A DNA stretch of 62,693 nucleotides, filler included, from Sphacelaria rigidula (taxonomy: Eukaryota): assembly GCA_964200075.2 (NCBI GenBank). It is 8 parts of 8 records of this genome, joined end to end, with 100 filler letters (N's around TTAATTAATTAA, not from the genome) between each part and the next. Parts side by side here need not be neighbours in the genome. Positions count along the whole stretch, not along the records: positions 54,946 to 62,693 come from CAXNAA020013582.1; 7 more parts are not named here. One strand, given 5' to 3'. Shown here in pieces: positions 61,355 through 62,693 of the stretch. Both the position numbers and the translations under genes were made by a program. How positions within the stretch are numbered: position 1 is the first letter of the stretch; each line of letters begins with the position of its first letter. Under the pieces are notes generated by a model. It did no database searches and had not been told where the DNA came from. It saw nothing but the letters and a program-made list of their open reading frames with translations.

Positions 61355-61845
61355 TCAGGCGTTTTTTTCCCCGCGACTACTCTTCGATAGAACTCGAAAG
61401 TGCTAGGGTCGGTAGATTTTGGTGAAATGAACAGATTGTCTTCCTCCCCCCAGTGCACAAGTTAGTGTTAGTCGGTGTTATCGGGCGATGCGAGTATACA
61501 CCCCGTTTGTCAGGAGGGTGTTATTGACCGTGAAACATAGTTTTTCGGCTCAAGTGCATTGAGTAGGTTGAATTTTAGAGAAACAAATCTGCACATTTCG
61601 TCACAGATACGATCGGGACAGGCTCGATCGACCGAAAATATCGAAGAGTCAGAAACTGGGCTGAAACGTGTCAGGACCCCCGATGACCGGTCAAACCGTA
61701 AGTCATTCAATATTGAGTACATGTAATTTGTTTTCTCGGAATGTGGAGCGGATTCAAGTACCTTCAGATCCCCAATGTGACGAGCGGTGGCAAGCGAAAG
61801 AGCCCAGGAAAATCGCCAATTGCGAAGAAATTACTAAATGAATAG
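61355..61845. mobile_element. Third copy of the 5555-6101 MITE family with eroded ends
   Basis: Co-linear similarity over ~490 bp with 5580-6085. Confidence 0.8.
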
Positions 61846-62693
61846 GAGCACTGTCTGTAATACTCAGAGTTGGACACTAAAATTGGTATGGACAATAAAT
61901 AGGGCACGATAAAAAAAATATATATGGGCCCAACGATTTTTTTTGTCATGGTTAAACAGCATCTTTCGGATACCTAAAAACTGATTATTGCTTTCAGCTC
62001 ATAAAAAAAAACTATCCGGGGCCCGAAGATTGTTTTTTCATGATTTGACGGCATTTTACGGATACCTAAAAACTGATTATTGCCTTTAACTAGGTCGTGC
62101 AGTAACCGTTTTAGTGAAATTTCGGAACAGTATTTTGCAGGCCACTTACCGGCCCACTTTTGGCGTTTGTGTATTGAAATTTTGTGTGGGACTTCGCTAG
62201 GGCATAATGAACCAAAAAAGTGGGTCAGGTTGTTTCCTTTTGTTTTTTTCCCTGGTCTAGGGTGTTTTAGTATGGTAACGGCCATTTTCTTCCGAGAACG
62301 CTGGAACCTCTCTTCCCCCCCTAAATGATCACCAAATTTTTTTAACCCACCTTACCCCCGATCGTGCGCAAGGGAGTCTACGCGCCAACTCCAACCATGG
62401 CGCCCACACCTCTGGCTCTTTCCCCGCTCATTTGCCGTTCACGGACGGCACAACGACCACGCCCCCTTCTCCCCGGAAATGGTTTTCAAGTCTCTCCGCT
62501 ATATCTGTTCTGTCTCTAGCTCTCTTTGCGTGACGACCAGTACTGTATCCGTTGCTTGAACCAACTATCGATGATGCGAAAATCGCCCGTTGGTGGCGGA
62601 AGATCCTAGCTTGACCCTGACACCAGCCCCGAGATCGCAAAAGTACATCAGTGTTCCACAACCCACTGGATCACAAGAGACCGACGTGCTGTA

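Overview
Eukaryotic, repeat-rich DNA, most consistent with a brown alga (Phaeophyceae; inferred from gene content, long introns and repeat style, not proven). The window is not one locus. It is eight unrelated contigs of 7748-7750 bp, sorted by length and joined by artificial 100-nt N44-TTAATTAATTAA-N44 linkers, so no synteny can be read across the linkers. Manual splicing recovers partial intron-rich genes: CCDC146/MBO2-like (2 exons, -), SPATA20/YyaL-like (4 exons, +), an AVL9/DENN-type gene (3 exons, +), tubulin polyglutamylase TTLL1 (2 exons, -) and a SMYD5/ATXR2-like SET-MYND methyltransferase (4 exons, -). The rest is transposon-derived: decayed Copia, Ty3/gypsy, two LINE and one hAT transposase relics, two tRNA-headed SINE families, and many MITEs and foldback elements, several nested with recoverable target-site duplications (TSDs) and empty sites. 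I found no CRISPR array, rRNA or intact tRNA gene, and no convincing new biological system. The best leads are a diverged partial duplicate of a TTLL1 exon with mostly synonymous changes, a nested intronic palindrome carrying a Sola-like MITE with a 4-bp TSD, and a 3' motif shared by an RTE-like LINE and both SINE families.
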